A stretch of 32,000 nt of DNA from Pasteurella multocida (GCF_900187275.1 NZ_LT906458.1:1140001-1172000); one strand, 5' to 3'; positions 11,966 to 23,188 are shown, numbered from the stretch's first letter. Notes: generated by a model from the sequence alone, not told the origin. Numbers and translations are program-made.

Positions 11966-12316
11966 ATGAAAGATACACCAAAACGTTCTAATGAACCTGT
12001 TGTATGGTTATTATTTGGCGCAGGAACAACTGTCAGTGCCATGTTCTATCCTGTGTTAGTATTAATTCTTGGCTTCTTGCTACCATTTGGTTTAATTGAT
12101 CCTAAAAATATCATTGAACTTATAGGCTTCTTACACAGTCCATTAGGTAAATTACTGTTACTTGTGTTATTAATTTTCCCAATGTGGGGAGCAATGCACC
12201 GTATCCATCATGGTATGCATGACTTCAAAATCCACATTCCGGCAAGTGGTGTCATTTTCTATGGTTTATCTGTGCTTTATACGGTATTAGTTTGCTTCGC
12301 TGTATTTAGCTTATAA
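11966..12316 (+). CDS. frdD: Fumarate reductase membrane anchor subunit D
   Basis: GAGGAGA upstream of ATG at 11966; [23 protein letters not shown] and [14 protein letters not shown]; last gene of frdABCD. Confidence 0.94.
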
Positions 12317-12333
12317 TTCATCCCTAAATCACA

Positions 12334-12360
12334 AAAGGCGGATATGTTATCCGCCTTTCT
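12334..12360 (+). terminator. Intrinsic terminator after frdD
   Basis: AAAGGCGGAT (12334-12343), ATGTT loop, ATCCGCCTTT (12349-12358). Confidence 0.8.
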
Positions 12361-12555
12361 TATATTATATTCCCTCTCTCCTTTCCTCATTCTTAGCAAG
12401 CAAGTTTTCTTCCTTCTATTTTCAAAAGGGCGTGCCTTATGATCATATTGAATCAATACGGGACGATTTCCCCAATGGATTTTGCTGAAATCTGTCGTGT
12501 ATCGTGAACGAAATAGGCGATGTGTATGACAAGCATTGAATGAAAGTGCAAACAG

Positions 12556-12592
12556 AACAAAAATCTAACCGCAAAGTGCGGTCAGATTTCAG
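12556..12592 (-). terminator. Terminator of the lptF-lptG transcript containing an uptake-signal core
   Basis: AAATCT-A-ACCGC / GCGGT-C-AGATTT hairpin (12561-12589) with one internal mismatch; on the minus strand it is followed by TTTTTGTT. Confidence 0.7.
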
Positions 12593-12602
12593 CATTTTTT
12601 GA

Positions 12603-13673
12603 TTAGGTACGTTTACGGCTTAACAACCACCAAGTAATTAATAAAAATAAGACACTTGGCATTAAGGCGCCGGCTAATGGCGTTACATTGTACACTAAAC
12701 TAAGAGGTCCAAAAATTTCATTGACCACATAGAACAGGAAGCCAAAACAAATTCCTGTCACAATGCGCGCTCCCGCGGTTACACTGCGCAAAGGACCAAA
12801 AATAAAGGATAGCGCTAACATCATCATCACGCCAACAGAGAGAGGCTGAAATAATTTACGCCAATAAGTTAATTCAAATTTCTTTGATTCCTGTCCTGTT
12901 TCACGTAAAAACGTAATATAGTTAGATAAGCCAGAAATGGATAAGGAGGTTGGTCTTAGTGAGGCAATACCAAGTTTATCCGGCGTTAAATTGGTTTGCC
13001 ATTCAGCATTTACACGATTTACTGTCGTAATTTCATTTTCCGAAATTGCGGATTCTGTGAGGCGATGTAAAATCCATTTCCCTTCTTGATAAGTCGCTGT
13101 GTTAGCATGCTTAACTTGTTGTAATTGGCGATTTTCAGCAAAACGATAAATATACACATCACTTAACGCAATATCATCGGTAATCCGCTTAATATAAATA
13201 AATTCATTGCCATCTTTTGCCCAAATCCCATTTTTCACTGAGAGTAACGAGCCACCAGAAATGGCTTTGGAACGCATATCACGAGCAAATTGTTCGGTTT
13301 GAGGAATCCCCCATTCACCGATTAACATCGTAAGAATGACGAGGGGTAACGCAGTTTTCATCACAGCAAAACCGATCTTTAAACGCGAAAAACCAGATGC
13401 CTGCATCACAACCAATTCACTACGGCTGGCTAAGTTGCCTAACGCAATTAACGCGCCCAATAAAGCAGCCATCGGGAAAAAGGTTTCAATGTCTTTTGGG
13501 ATCGTCAACACCGTATAAAGAATCGCTTGCCAAATATCGTAGGTACCTTTACCGACACTACGAAACTGCTCAACAAACTTAATAATGCCGGAAAGCCCTA
13601 CTAGCATAATTAAGGTAGCAAAAATTGCGCCTAAAATACTTTTACCTAAATAACGGTCTAAGGTGCTCATCAT
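12603..13673 (-). CDS. lptG: LPS export ABC transporter permease LptG
   Basis: 356-aa YjgP/YjgQ family protein MMSTLDRYLGKSILGAIFATLIMLVGLSGIIKFVEQFRSVG. Confidence 0.94.
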   Translation of the reverse strand: MMSTLDRYLGKSILGAIFATLIMLVGLSGIIKFVEQFRSVGKGTYDIWQAILYTVLTIPKDIETFFPMAALLGALIALGNLASRSELVVMQASGFSRLKIGFAVMKTALPLVILTMLIGEWGIPQTEQFARDMRSKAISGGSLLSVKNGIWAKDGNEFIYIKRITDDIALSDVYIYRFAENRQLQQVKHANTATYQEGKWILHRLTESAISENEITTVNRVNAEWQTNLTPDKLGIASLRPTSLSISGLSNYITFLRETGQESKKFELTYWRKLFQPLSVGVMMMLALSFIFGPLRSVTAGARIVTGICFGFLFYVVNEIFGPLSLVYNVTPLAGALMPSVLFLLITWWLLSRKRT

Positions 13674-13679
13674 TTTTGC

Positions 13680-14786
13680 TTATCCTTTTATCGCCAGATT
13701 CTTATTCAACCAATACCGCACTTTATACATCGAAGCGCTTCCCCAGCTATTCAACAAAAGCCCCAATAGGAAAAAGAGTATATTCACTAACGGCATTAAT
13801 ACGCTTCCATCCAATTTACCCGCAGCCCAAGCAGACTTCAGTGAACTTTGTAGCAGAAAATAAATTAAATACAGTAACAACGCGGGTAATACTTTTGCGA
13901 AACGACCTTGGCGAGGGTTCACTCGGCTTAATGGCACCGCTATCAGCGCCATTAAAGGCACCGCCAAGATCAGACTTAAACGCCAATTCAATTCTGCTTT
14001 AGCTGCCGGGGTATGAGTTTTCATCAAATCCCAAAAACCTAACTCTTCCGTTTCCTGTTCATCATTGTTTTTATCTTGATAACCTAAATAAGCTTGATAC
14101 TCTTCAAAATGCGTAATACGGAAATCAGGAAAAGCACTGCTGCCTTCTACACGTTGGCTATTTTCAAGTTTGAGAATTTGATCCCCATTAGGCAGGGCTT
14201 TTAGCTCACCTTTCTCCGCTACCAGTACTGACGGTTTTAAATTGCCTCTCTCACGCGTTTGAAAAACATAAACATCATGAATGGTATTGTCTTTAATGCT
14301 GTCAATAAATAAGACAAATTCATTATTATTGGTGTTAATAAACTGCCCCGAAGCAAGCGCTCCCATTGTAGGATTGGCTTTTGCACCTTCCAAAATTTCA
14401 CTTTGTTTTTGAATCGCCCAAGGTGTCAACCAAAACACATTATACGCGGCAATTGATGCGGTAAATAAAGAAAGAATAAGTACAACACGTACTAAGATTT
14501 TCTGTCCCACACCACAAGCACGCATCACCGTGATTTCACTCTCAGCATATAAACGACCAAAAGTTAATAAAATCGCAATAAATAAACATAGTGGCAACAT
14601 CAATTGCGCCATGGTAGGCATACCAAGCCCTAATAAGGACATCACCAAATCTGCTGGTACTTTACCACTGGCTGCCGAGCCTAATACACGCACTAATTGC
14701 TGGCAGAAGAAAATAAGAAGTAAAATGAATAAGATCGCCAACTGGCTCTTCAACACTTCCTTTGTTAAATATCGAGTTAAAATCAC
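13680..14786 (-). CDS. lptF: LPS export ABC transporter permease LptF
   Basis: 368-aa YjgP/YjgQ family protein [36 protein letters not shown]; adjacent to lptG and divergent from pepA as in other gammaproteobacteria. Confidence 0.94.
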   Translation of the reverse strand: MILTRYLTKEVLKSQLAILFILLLIFFCQQLVRVLGSAASGKVPADLVMSLLGLGMPTMAQLMLPLCLFIAILLTFGRLYAESEITVMRACGVGQKILVRVVLILSLFTASIAAYNVFWLTPWAIQKQSEILEGAKANPTMGALASGQFINTNNNEFVLFIDSIKDNTIHDVYVFQTRERGNLKPSVLVAEKGELKALPNGDQILKLENSQRVEGSSAFPDFRITHFEEYQAYLGYQDKNNDEQETEELGFWDLMKTHTPAAKAELNWRLSLILAVPLMALIAVPLSRVNPRQGRFAKVLPALLLYLIYFLLQSSLKSAWAAGKLDGSVLMPLVNILFFLLGLLLNSWGSASMYKVRYWLNKNLAIKG

Positions 14787-14904
14787 ATTATTGCCTATAT
14801 TTTTCTTGCAATTTATATAGAATAGTTTAGTTTCAAGACTGCTTAATTTTCGTATGATAACGTATTTTTAAGGTGAAAACAGTAAAAATCTTTGTGAGGA
14901 CAAC

Positions 14905-16389
14905 ATGGAATATCGCGTAAAATCAACCGCACTTTTAGACATAAAAAGTAATATTATTATTGGCTTATATGAGAATGGTGAACTATCACCATCCGCACAA
15001 AAAATCGATGAAATTTCTCAAGGCTATTTAAGCAAATTGATTCAATCTGGCGAAATCAAAGGTAAACTTGGACAAGTTTTGGTGTTACGTCATGTTCCTA
15101 ACTACAGCGCAGAACGTGTTTTCGTGGTAGGCGCTGGTAAAAAAGGTGAGATTAACGAGAAACAATTTAAACAACTTATTCAAGACACTATCAACGCCGT
15201 TAAGGCCACCAGTGCAAAAGAGGTTATCAGCTACTTGTCTGATATCAAGATTAAAGATCGTGATCTCTACTGGAATATCCGTTTTAGCGTTGAAACCCTC
15301 GAAACCAGCGTCTATCAGTTCGAACAATTTAAAAGTAAAAAAAGCGAACAAGATGTGGCATTAACAGATGTCATTTTTAGCGTGGAAGGCGATGTTGCAC
15401 AACAAGCTGTTAATCATGCCAAAGCAATTGCTTTAGGTGTACGCGCCGCCAAAGATGTAGCGAACTGTCCACCTAATGTTTGCAATCCTGTTTATTTAGC
15501 CGAACAAGCAAACGCGTTAGCCACACGATCTGACCTGATTAAAACCACTGTACTCGGTGAAAAAGACATGGCTGACTTAGGCATGAACGCTTACTTAGCG
15601 GTTTCACAAGGTTCTGTCAATGAAGCACAACTCTCCCTTATCGAATATCGTAATCATCCTAATCCAGATGCCAAGCCCATTGTGTTAGTCGGCAAAGGAC
15701 TGACTTTTGATGCCGGTGGTATCTCGTTAAAGCCAGCTGAAAGCATGGATGAAATGAAATATGATATGGGCGGTGCCGCTTCTGTCTATGGGGTCATGAA
15801 TGCCATTGCTGAATTAAAACTGCCATTAAACGTGATTGGCGTGTTAGCAGGTTGTGAAAACTTACCAGACGGTAATGCCTATCGACCGGGTGATATTTTA
15901 ACCACAATGAAAGGCTTAACGGTTGAAGTGCTCAATACCGACGCGGAAGGGCGCTTAGTGTTATGTGATACGCTCACTTATGTAGAACGCTTTGAACCTG
16001 AACTGGTGATTGATGTGGCGACCTTAACTGGCGCTTGCGTAGTAGCACTGGGTGCACATAACAGCGGTTTAATCTCTACTGATGATAAATTAGCCAAAGA
16101 TCTCGAACTCGCCGCGGCTCAAAGTACCGATAAAGCTTGGCGTTTGCCACTTGGTGAAGAATATCAAGAACAGCTGAAATCTAACTTTGCCGATTTAGCG
16201 AATATTGGTGGTCGTTGGGGCGGTGCCATTACTGCTGGCGCATTTTTATCCAACTTCACCGATAAATATCGCTGGGCGCATTTAGATATCGCAGGTACTG
16301 CTTGGTTACAAGGCGCAAACAAAGGAGCTACGGGTCGCCCTGTTCCTTTACTGGTACAATTCTTAATTAACCAAGCGACAGGTGAATAA
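14905..16389 (+). CDS. pepA: Leucyl aminopeptidase (M17 family)
   Basis: 494 aa; [33 protein letters not shown] and [16 protein letters not shown] signature. Confidence 0.96.
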   Translation: MEYRVKSTALLDIKSNIIIGLYENGELSPSAQKIDEISQGYLSKLIQSGEIKGKLGQVLVLRHVPNYSAERVFVVGAGKKGEINEKQFKQLIQDTINAVKATSAKEVISYLSDIKIKDRDLYWNIRFSVETLETSVYQFEQFKSKKSEQDVALTDVIFSVEGDVAQQAVNHAKAIALGVRAAKDVANCPPNVCNPVYLAEQANALATRSDLIKTTVLGEKDMADLGMNAYLAVSQGSVNEAQLSLIEYRNHPNPDAKPIVLVGKGLTFDAGGISLKPAESMDEMKYDMGGAASVYGVMNAIAELKLPLNVIGVLAGCENLPDGNAYRPGDILTTMKGLTVEVLNTDAEGRLVLCDTLTYVERFEPELVIDVATLTGACVVALGAHNSGLISTDDKLAKDLELAAAQSTDKAWRLPLGEEYQEQLKSNFADLANIGGRWGGAITAGAFLSNFTDKYRWAHLDIAGTAWLQGANKGATGRPVPLLVQFLINQATGE

Positions 16390-16412
16390 TCCCCCTAGCC
16401 ACGACTAAAATC

Positions 16413-16455
16413 AAAAAGTGCGGTCAAAAATATCTCTATTTTTACCGCACTTTTA
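16413..16455. terminator. Terminator between convergent pepA and mtnN built from two inverted uptake-signal cores
   Basis: AAAAGTGCGGT (16414-16424) pairs with ACCGCACTTTT (16444-16454). Confidence 0.75.
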
Positions 16456-16480
16456 CGATGATGTTTGATTCATCACTGCA

Positions 16481-17170
16481 CTATAAATTATCAATCATCT
16501 CCAAAACCATTGCTGAAGATTGTTTCGCCGCCAGTGGCAAAAATTCCTCAAAAGACATACTCGCCTCACCGTCACCACTGTCTGAAATTGCCCTGACAAC
16601 CACAAAAGGCACATTGAAGGCATGACATACTTGAGCAATTGCTGTCGCTTCCATTTCTACGGCCATAACCGTAGGGAAATCTGCTTTAATCTGCGCTAAC
16701 GGTGTCCCACCTTGAATAAAACTGTCCCCAGAACAAATCAAACCACGTTTAACTTGTTGCTGTTGTTGAACAGCGATCTTTTCTGCCAGTTGTACTAACT
16801 TCTCGTCAGATTGGAATCGTGCTGGGCAAGCGGGCAACTGTCCTTTAGCATAACCAAATGCCGTCACATCAGCATCGTGGTAAACCGTTTCATCAGAAAT
16901 CACAATATCCCCGACGTTAAGCCCTGTCGCCACACCGCCTGCCGAACCGGTATTAATGACCAAATCAGGTTTGCACATCTCTAACAATAAAGTGGCACCG
17001 ATTGCAGCGGCGACTTTGCCAATGCCAGATTGTAATAAGGCAACTGCTTTACCATGAATCATGCCTTCATAAATTGTGCAACTGGCGACTTGGGTAACGC
17101 GTTTATCTTGCATTAAATCTGCCAACATTTGAACTTCTTGTGCCATCGCACCCACAATACCAATTTTCAT
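16481..17170 (-). CDS. mtnN: 5'-methylthioadenosine/S-adenosylhomocysteine nucleosidase
   Basis: 229 aa; [46 protein letters not shown]-like [23 protein letters not shown]. Confidence 0.96.
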   Translation of the reverse strand: MKIGIVGAMAQEVQMLADLMQDKRVTQVASCTIYEGMIHGKAVALLQSGIGKVAAAIGATLLLEMCKPDLVINTGSAGGVATGLNVGDIVISDETVYHDADVTAFGYAKGQLPACPARFQSDEKLVQLAEKIAVQQQQQVKRGLICSGDSFIQGGTPLAQIKADFPTVMAVEMEATAIAQVCHAFNVPFVVVRAISDSGDGEASMSFEEFLPLAAKQSSAMVLEMIDNL

Positions 17171-17844
17171 TATTTTTGTTTTTCCTTCATTAATTTACTT
17201 ACTAAAAAATCTAACACCGCAAAGCTGTAATCATCACTATATAAGGTGCTAGCAGTTAAGACATAACGTCCATCAATCACCACATAAGGAAAAGTAAATA
17301 CCCCATATTCTTCGGTCAATTTTTCTGCCTGTTCAACGGCTTTTGCGACCTTAACCGAATACAGCGCTTTGGTAAAATCATCCGTATTGACCCCTTGCCC
17401 ATCTAGCCATAAGCGCAAATCATGAAAACGCGAAAGCTGTCCATAACGGTGTTTATCTGCGGTTTCAAATAACAACAACGCTGAAATATCCTCTGCTTGA
17501 ATTTCTTTTAAGGCATAAAAAATCAGCGCAGAATAATGCGCTTTTTCTGCAGCAATCGGTAATTCTTTTAACACTACTTTATCAAAATTAATTTGCGAAT
17601 ACAGTTCTAAGATATCAAGTGCCGAAGAACATACACGACAGTCATAATCAAAAAAAAACTGAATTAAAATGGGGTCGGAGGGGTTCGCCTGATAAACCGG
17701 TTCTTGATAAGAAAAGTAATCACGCCCTTCAAGAAAAAGTGGGGATTTATCGGAATGCAACGAAACCGAGATCGGCGTTGCCAGCGCACACTGTGCAACA
17801 CTCCATACGAAAAGAAAGAGAAAACCGATCCGCCACATAGTCAA
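17170..17844 (-). CDS. Secreted DsbA-like thioredoxin-fold protein with a CRVC motif (start may be the in-frame ATG ending at 17838)
   Basis: 224 aa; signal peptide [22 protein letters not shown]; [25 protein letters not shown]; late [19 protein letters not shown] resembles the DsbA cis-Pro segment; stop and mtnN start overlap as TAATG. Confidence 0.75.
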   Translation of the reverse strand: MTMWRIGFLFLFVWSVAQCALATPISVSLHSDKSPLFLEGRDYFSYQEPVYQANPSDPILIQFFFDYDCRVCSSALDILELYSQINFDKVVLKELPIAAEKAHYSALIFYALKEIQAEDISALLLFETADKHRYGQLSRFHDLRLWLDGQGVNTDDFTKALYSVKVAKAVEQAEKLTEEYGVFTFPYVVIDGRYVLTASTLYSDDYSFAVLDFLVSKLMKEKQK

Positions 17845-17845
17845 G

Positions 17846-19576
17846 TTAAGTCCCTATCGGTACAATATAATCCACTAATAACTGAAGATGACGATTGCCC
17901 CGAAACTCATTAATGTCTAATTTATATGCCAATTTTGCTAATTTTATCGACAAGTCAGGATAATAACGAGTATCGACGTTAAAGGCAATGGCGTCGAGCA
18001 ATGGTCCACCCTGTTTTGGTTCGACCATCATTTTAAGATGTTTTTCGCCAACTAAACGTTGCTGTAAAATTTTAAACTCGCCGTCAAATACGGGTTCTGG
18101 AAACGCTTGCCCCCAAGGTCCCGCCTCTTTCAAGCATTCCGCGGTTGTTAAACTTAATTGAACACTATCAAGCTCACCATCCGTCCACACAATACCTTGT
18201 CGCTGACCTTCATCAAGCCAATCACCAACAATTTGATTAAATGCCTGCTGAAAATCAGCAAAACGGCTTTCTTGAATGGTTAAGCCTGCCGCCATCGCAT
18301 GCCCACCAAACTTTAAAATCATGTCAGGATACAAACAATGAATGCGCTCTAACGCATCACGTAAATGTAATCCCTCAACGGAACGGGCTGAGCCTTTTAG
18401 AATACCGGCTTGCTCTTGCGCAAATGCAACCACAGGACGATGAAAATGATCTTTAATACGTGAAGCCACAATCCCTAACACCCCTTGGTGCCAGTCCGCT
18501 TGATACAGCGCAATGCCGAACGGAAGGGTTTGTTGAAGTGCGGTCAATTGACGGCAAATTTCTAATGCCTCAAGTTTCATGCCTTGCTCAATTTCTTTAC
18601 GCGTTTGATTCAAACCATCTAATTCAAGTGCCAATGCTCGCGCGCTTGCCATATCTTCAGCCAATAAAAGCTCAACACCGACTGACATATTATCTAAACG
18701 CCCTGCCGCATTTAAACGTGGTGCAAGAGAAAAACCTAAATCCGAAGTAGATAACTGACGCATATCTCGATTAGCCACTTCTGCTAACGCACGAATACCG
18801 CAACGACAACGTTCTGCGCGAATACGTGCTAAACCTTGATAGGCTAAAATACGATTATTTTGATCTAAGGGCACCACATCGGCAATAGTACCTAAGGCGA
18901 CGAGATCCAATAAGTCGGTGAAATTCGGTTGCGTTTGCTGATTAAATATCCCCAACTCACGAAATTTCGCGCGCAATGCTAACATTAAATAGAAAGTAAC
19001 TCCGACACCGGCTAAGGCTTTTGACGGAAAAGCACAGCTTGATAAATTAGGATTGACAATGGCATCCGCGTCGGGCAATTGTGTAGGTGGCAAATGATGA
19101 TCAGTAATTAAGACCTTGACCCCTTGCGCTTTTAAAAAACCCACCCCCTCGACTGAGGATACCCCGTTATCGACGGTCATTAATAGCTGTACATCTTTTT
19201 CTAAAGCTTGCTCTGCTACCGCGATGCTCAAACCATAACCTTGTTCAAAACGATTAGGAATTAAAAACGCCACTTGTGTAAAGCCTAATTGACGTAATGC
19301 GAGTACAGCTAAGGCGGTGCTAGTGGCACCATCTGCATCAAAATCGCCCACAATTACAATCTTTTCTTGTTGCTTATAGGCTTGTACGAAGAGAGTGACC
19401 GCCGCTTCAATTCCATCCAGTTGTTGCGGATGTAAAAGGGCAGCTAAAGTGCGGTCTAATTGTTGAGGATGTTGAATCTGCCGTGCACGATAGAGGCGAT
19501 CAAGTAAGGGATCAGAAGACACCGCCTCACCTAAAGGAACAGCACGACGTTGGATTAATTTATTCACTAAAGACAT
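17846..19576 (-). CDS. recJ: Single-stranded-DNA-specific exonuclease RecJ
   Basis: 576 aa; VIVGDFDADGATSTALAVLALRQLG, VKVLITDHHLPPTQLPDADAIVNPN, DHH/DHHA1 architecture with LKFGGHAMAAGLTI. Confidence 0.96.
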   Translation of the reverse strand: MSLVNKLIQRRAVPLGEAVSSDPLLDRLYRARQIQHPQQLDRTLAALLHPQQLDGIEAAVTLFVQAYKQQEKIVIVGDFDADGATSTALAVLALRQLGFTQVAFLIPNRFEQGYGLSIAVAEQALEKDVQLLMTVDNGVSSVEGVGFLKAQGVKVLITDHHLPPTQLPDADAIVNPNLSSCAFPSKALAGVGVTFYLMLALRAKFRELGIFNQQTQPNFTDLLDLVALGTIADVVPLDQNNRILAYQGLARIRAERCRCGIRALAEVANRDMRQLSTSDLGFSLAPRLNAAGRLDNMSVGVELLLAEDMASARALALELDGLNQTRKEIEQGMKLEALEICRQLTALQQTLPFGIALYQADWHQGVLGIVASRIKDHFHRPVVAFAQEQAGILKGSARSVEGLHLRDALERIHCLYPDMILKFGGHAMAAGLTIQESRFADFQQAFNQIVGDWLDEGQRQGIVWTDGELDSVQLSLTTAECLKEAGPWGQAFPEPVFDGEFKILQQRLVGEKHLKMMVEPKQGGPLLDAIAFNVDTRYYPDLSIKLAKLAYKLDINEFRGNRHLQLLVDYIVPIGT

Positions 19577-19595
19577 TCCTAAGACAAGAATAAAT

Positions 19596-19620
19596 GAGGA
19601 CGCAGAAAGCGTCCTTATTT
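19596..19620 (-). terminator. Hairpin downstream of dsbC, before recJ
   Basis: AGGACGC (19599-19605), AGAAA loop, GCGTCCT (19611-19617). Confidence 0.6.
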
Positions 19621-19629
19621 AATAGCCGA

Positions 19630-20313
19630 TTACTGGGCTAACTCCGACAATAAATCAGCGGGTTTTAAATACCCTCCAATCAATTCGCCTTTCTCGGTCA
19701 CAATACTTGGGGTACCATTCACACCAAATTGTAAGCCTAACTGGTAATGTTTTTTGGTGATATTAGCGTCTTTCAACGTTTTTGGTGGATTACCATTAAT
19801 CGCTTCAGTTAATGCAAACTGAGGATCTTGTGCAGTAAAGATCGCTTCCATTTCACGTGCTGTTTTCGATTGCACGCCACCACGCGGGAAAGCAAGGTAA
19901 CGTACTGTAATGCCGAGATCATTATATTCTTTAATTTGTTTATGTAACACTTTGCAGTAATGGCACGAAGTATCCATGAACACGGTAATCACATGTTTTT
20001 CATCTTTTGCGGGATAAACGACCATTTCATTTTTATAAGCCGTTAATTTATCTAGTAATAAGCTTGATGACACATCGCGTAATCCTTTCTCTGACAGTGC
20101 ATATAACTTACCATCAAGAATATATTTCGCGTCCTCTGTGATGTAAAAAATACCATTGTCCGTCACTGCGGTTTTGATGCCTTTCACAGGCGAATCGCTC
20201 ACTTCTACACCAGATAAGCCCATTTTTTGCAACTGTTCTACCACTTGCTGTGAATTGGCAAACGTCAAACTCGACATCCCCAACATCAAAAGTGTGCTCA
20301 AGATCTTTTTCAT
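19630..20313 (-). CDS. dsbC: Thiol:disulfide interchange protein DsbC (start trimmed to the ATG at 20311-20313)
   Basis: MKKILSTLLMLGMSSLTFANSQQ signal peptide; HVITVFMDTSCHYCKVLHKQI active site; GTPSIVTEKGELIGGYLKPADL. Confidence 0.95.
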   Translation of the reverse strand: MKKILSTLLMLGMSSLTFANSQQVVEQLQKMGLSGVEVSDSPVKGIKTAVTDNGIFYITEDAKYILDGKLYALSEKGLRDVSSSLLLDKLTAYKNEMVVYPAKDEKHVITVFMDTSCHYCKVLHKQIKEYNDLGITVRYLAFPRGGVQSKTAREMEAIFTAQDPQFALTEAINGNPPKTLKDANITKKHYQLGLQFGVNGTPSIVTEKGELIGGYLKPADLLSELAQ

Positions 20314-20477
20314 TTTGGTCCCATTGTTAACAATAAAAATACAAATAGCGAATTGAGCAATTATAAAGAGATCCAATATTTGTGCAAGTAGCGCCTAAAA
20401 AATTGCCTACCATAAGCCACTAAAATAGCTTATAATTGCTATTTGTTTTCTCTTTAAAATCTGAACGTATTTGAATT

Positions 20478-21576
20478 ATGTTTGAAATCAATCCTATCAG
20501 AAATAAAATCTCAGACCTCACCGAACGCACGCAAGTGTTGAGGGGGTATCTTTGACTTCGATGCGAAAGTTGAACGTTTAGAAGAAGTCAATGCCGAACT
20601 CGAACAACCTGATGTGTGGAACGAACCAGAAAAAGCACAAGCATTAGGTAAAGAACGGGTTGCCTTAGAAGGGGTCGTCAATACAATCCATACACTTGAT
20701 CAAGGCTTAGAAGATGTCGAAGGGCTACTCGAACTGGCAATTGAAGCCGAAGATGAAGCGACTTTCCATGAAGCCGTCGCAGAGCTCGAAGAATTAGAAC
20801 AACAGTTGGCAAAATTAGAATTTCGCCGTATGTTTAGTGGTCAACATGATGCAGCAGACTGCTATGTTGACTTACAAGCGGGCTCTGGTGGTACCGAAGC
20901 ACAAGATTGGACTGAAATGTTACTGCGTATGTATTTACGCTGGGCTGAAAGTAAAGGCTTTAAAACCGAATTAATGGAAGTGTCCGATGGGGATGTTGCC
21001 GGAATTAAATCCGCCACAATTAAAGTTTCTGGTGAATATGCTTTTGGTTGGCTACGCACAGAAACCGGCATTCACCGTTTAGTACGCAAAAGTCCATTTG
21101 ACTCCAACAATCGTCGTCATACCTCATTTAGTGCGGCATTCGTTTATCCTGAAATTGATGACGATATTGATATCGACATTAATCCTGCAGATCTGCGTAT
21201 TGATGTTTATCGTGCTTCAGGTGCCGGTGGTCAGCACGTCAATAAAACCGAAAGTGCGGTGCGTATTACCCATATTCCAAGTGGCATTGTGGTGCAATGC
21301 CAAAATGATCGCTCTCAACATAAAAACAAAGATCAATGTATGAAACAGTTGAAAGCGAAACTGTATGAAATGGAATTGCAAAAGAAGAATGCCGATAAAC
21401 AAGCCATGGAAGACAACAAATCCGATATTGGTTGGGGCAGTCAAATCCGTTCCTATGTGTTAGACGATTCACGCATTAAAGATTTACGCACGGGTGTGGA
21501 AAATCGCAATACTCAAGCAGTGCTCGATGGCGACTTAGATCGCTTTATTGAGGCCAGTTTAAAAGCCGGATTATAA
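20478..21576 (+). CDS. prfB: Peptide chain release factor 2, expressed through +1 programmed frameshifting: join(20478..20552,20554..21576)
   Basis: ATG at 20478 opens a 25-codon frame ending ...AGG GGG TAT CTT TGA C; the +1 frame resumes at GAC and encodes RF2 with SPF and GGQ motifs ([12 protein letters not shown]; [12 protein letters not shown]). Predicted 365 aa. Confidence 0.95.
20541..20556 (+). promoter_or_regulatory. RF2 programmed +1 frameshift site with internal Shine-Dalgarno-like AGGGGG
   Basis: AGGGGGTATCTTTGAC; zero-frame TGA at 20553-20555. Confidence 0.96.
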
Positions 21577-21627
21577 ATCCTCTGGGGGCTTCCCCCGACT
21601 AAAAATACTAAAAATTAGGTAACCAAA

Positions 21628-23133
21628 ATGTCAGAACAAACTCAAGAACTTGATCTTAATGGCGAGATGTTAGTCCGCCGTGAAAAATTAGCCGCGTTGC
21701 GCGCTAAAGGTAACCCATTTCCAAATACATTTCGTCGTGATGCGCTTGCACAAGATTTACACGCAAACTACGATGCACTTGAAGGCGAAGCATTAAAAGC
21801 ACAAGAAGTCGAAGTAAAAGTCGCTGGACGTATTATGACGCGTCGTGCAATGGGTAAGGCGACTTTTATCACCTTGCAAGATATGTCTGGTCGTATTCAA
21901 CTCTATATCGCACGTGATAATTTGCCAGAAGGTGTTTATGCTGACGATGTGGGACAGTGGGATTTAGGCGATATCATTGGCGTAAAAGGCACCTTATTTA
22001 AAACCAAAACCAATGAATTAACCGTACGTTGTACTGAAGTGCAGTTATTAACCAAAGCATTACGCCCATTACCAGATAAATTCCATGGTCTAAGCGATCA
22101 AGAAACACGCTATCGTCAACGTTATTTAGATTTAATTGCAAACGAAGACTCACGTCGTACTTTCATTATTCGTTCTAAAGTGATTGCGGGTATTCGTGAA
22201 TATTTTCTGTCAAAAGGCTTTATGGAAGTAGAAACCCCGATGTTACAAATTATTCCGGGTGGGGCTTCTGCACGTCCATTTGTAACACATCATAATGCAT
22301 TAGATGTGGATATGTATTTACGTATTGCGCCTGAGCTTTATTTAAAACGCTTAGTGGTTGGTGGCTTTGAACGTGTCTTTGAATTAAACCGCAACTTCCG
22401 TAACGAAGGGGTGTCTGTTCGCCATAACCCAGAATTTACCATGCTCGAATACTACCAAGCCTATGCGGATTACCATGATTTAATGGATAATACTGAAGAA
22501 TTGTTACGTAAACTGGCAATGGACATTTTAGGCACGACGATTGTCCCTTATGGTGAGCTTGAATTTGATTTTGGCAAACCATTTGAACGTATCACGATGC
22601 ATGATGCCATTTTGAAATACGGCGCAGAAAAAGGTATCGTCAAAGAGGATTTATATGACTTTGATCGTGCTGTTGCCGTTGCGAAAAAATTAGGTATTGA
22701 AGTACAAAAATCGTGGGGTTTAGGCAGTCTAGTCAATGTAATTTTTGAAGAGGTGGCGGAGCATCACTTAATTCAGCCAACGTTCTTAATGGCACACCCT
22801 GCCGAAATTTCGCCATTAGCGCGTCGTAATGATGAAAATCCAGAGGTCACTGACCGTTTTGAATTATTCATCGGTGGACGTGAAATTGGTAACGGTTTCT
22901 CTGAGTTAAACGATGCCGAAGATCAAAACGAACGCTTTGACGCACAAGTTGCGGCGAAAGAAGCAGGGGATGATGAAGCGATGTTTAAAGACGAAGATTT
23001 CGTGACCGCTCTTGAACATGGCTTACCACCAACAGCAGGCGAAGGGTTAGGTATCGACCGCTTAGCGATGCTATTCGCGAATGCGGCCTCCATTCGAGAT
23101 GTGATACTCTTCCCAGCAATGAAGCAGAAATAA
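21628..23133 (+). CDS. lysS: Lysyl-tRNA synthetase (class II)
   Basis: 501 aa; [60 protein letters not shown] and [26 protein letters not shown]. Confidence 0.97.
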   Translation: MSEQTQELDLNGEMLVRREKLAALRAKGNPFPNTFRRDALAQDLHANYDALEGEALKAQEVEVKVAGRIMTRRAMGKATFITLQDMSGRIQLYIARDNLPEGVYADDVGQWDLGDIIGVKGTLFKTKTNELTVRCTEVQLLTKALRPLPDKFHGLSDQETRYRQRYLDLIANEDSRRTFIIRSKVIAGIREYFLSKGFMEVETPMLQIIPGGASARPFVTHHNALDVDMYLRIAPELYLKRLVVGGFERVFELNRNFRNEGVSVRHNPEFTMLEYYQAYADYHDLMDNTEELLRKLAMDILGTTIVPYGELEFDFGKPFERITMHDAILKYGAEKGIVKEDLYDFDRAVAVAKKLGIEVQKSWGLGSLVNVIFEEVAEHHLIQPTFLMAHPAEISPLARRNDENPEVTDRFELFIGGREIGNGFSELNDAEDQNERFDAQVAAKEAGDDEAMFKDEDFVTALEHGLPPTAGEGLGIDRLAMLFANAASIRDVILFPAMKQK

Positions 23134-23140
23134 TTCTCTC

Positions 23141-23165
23141 TATCCCCAGCATCCTGCTGGGGATA
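23141..23165 (+). terminator. Perfect 11-bp hairpin between lysS and the sialyltransferase gene; no T-tract follows
   Basis: TATCCCCAGCA (23141-23151), TCC loop, TGCTGGGGATA (23155-23165), followed by ACCTCTCTC. May be an attenuator or processing element rather than a full terminator. Confidence 0.5.
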
Positions 23166-23188
23166 ACCTCTCTCACAGGATCTTTAAT

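Noticed and set aside
12361-12560. ~200-bp gap between frdD and lptG examined for a degraded gene or sRNA
   Set aside because: Only very short reading frames and no convincing promoter, stem or family similarity beyond the two flanking terminators.
13625-14002. 125-aa plus-strand ORF across the lptF/lptG junction
   Set aside because: Antisense to two well-supported permease genes; low-complexity translation without domain features.
21584-21596. GGGGG-CTT-CCCCC hairpin between prfB and lysS as a terminator
   Set aside because: Short 5-bp stem and no T-tract; prfB and lysS are normally co-transcribed, so I do not call a terminator.
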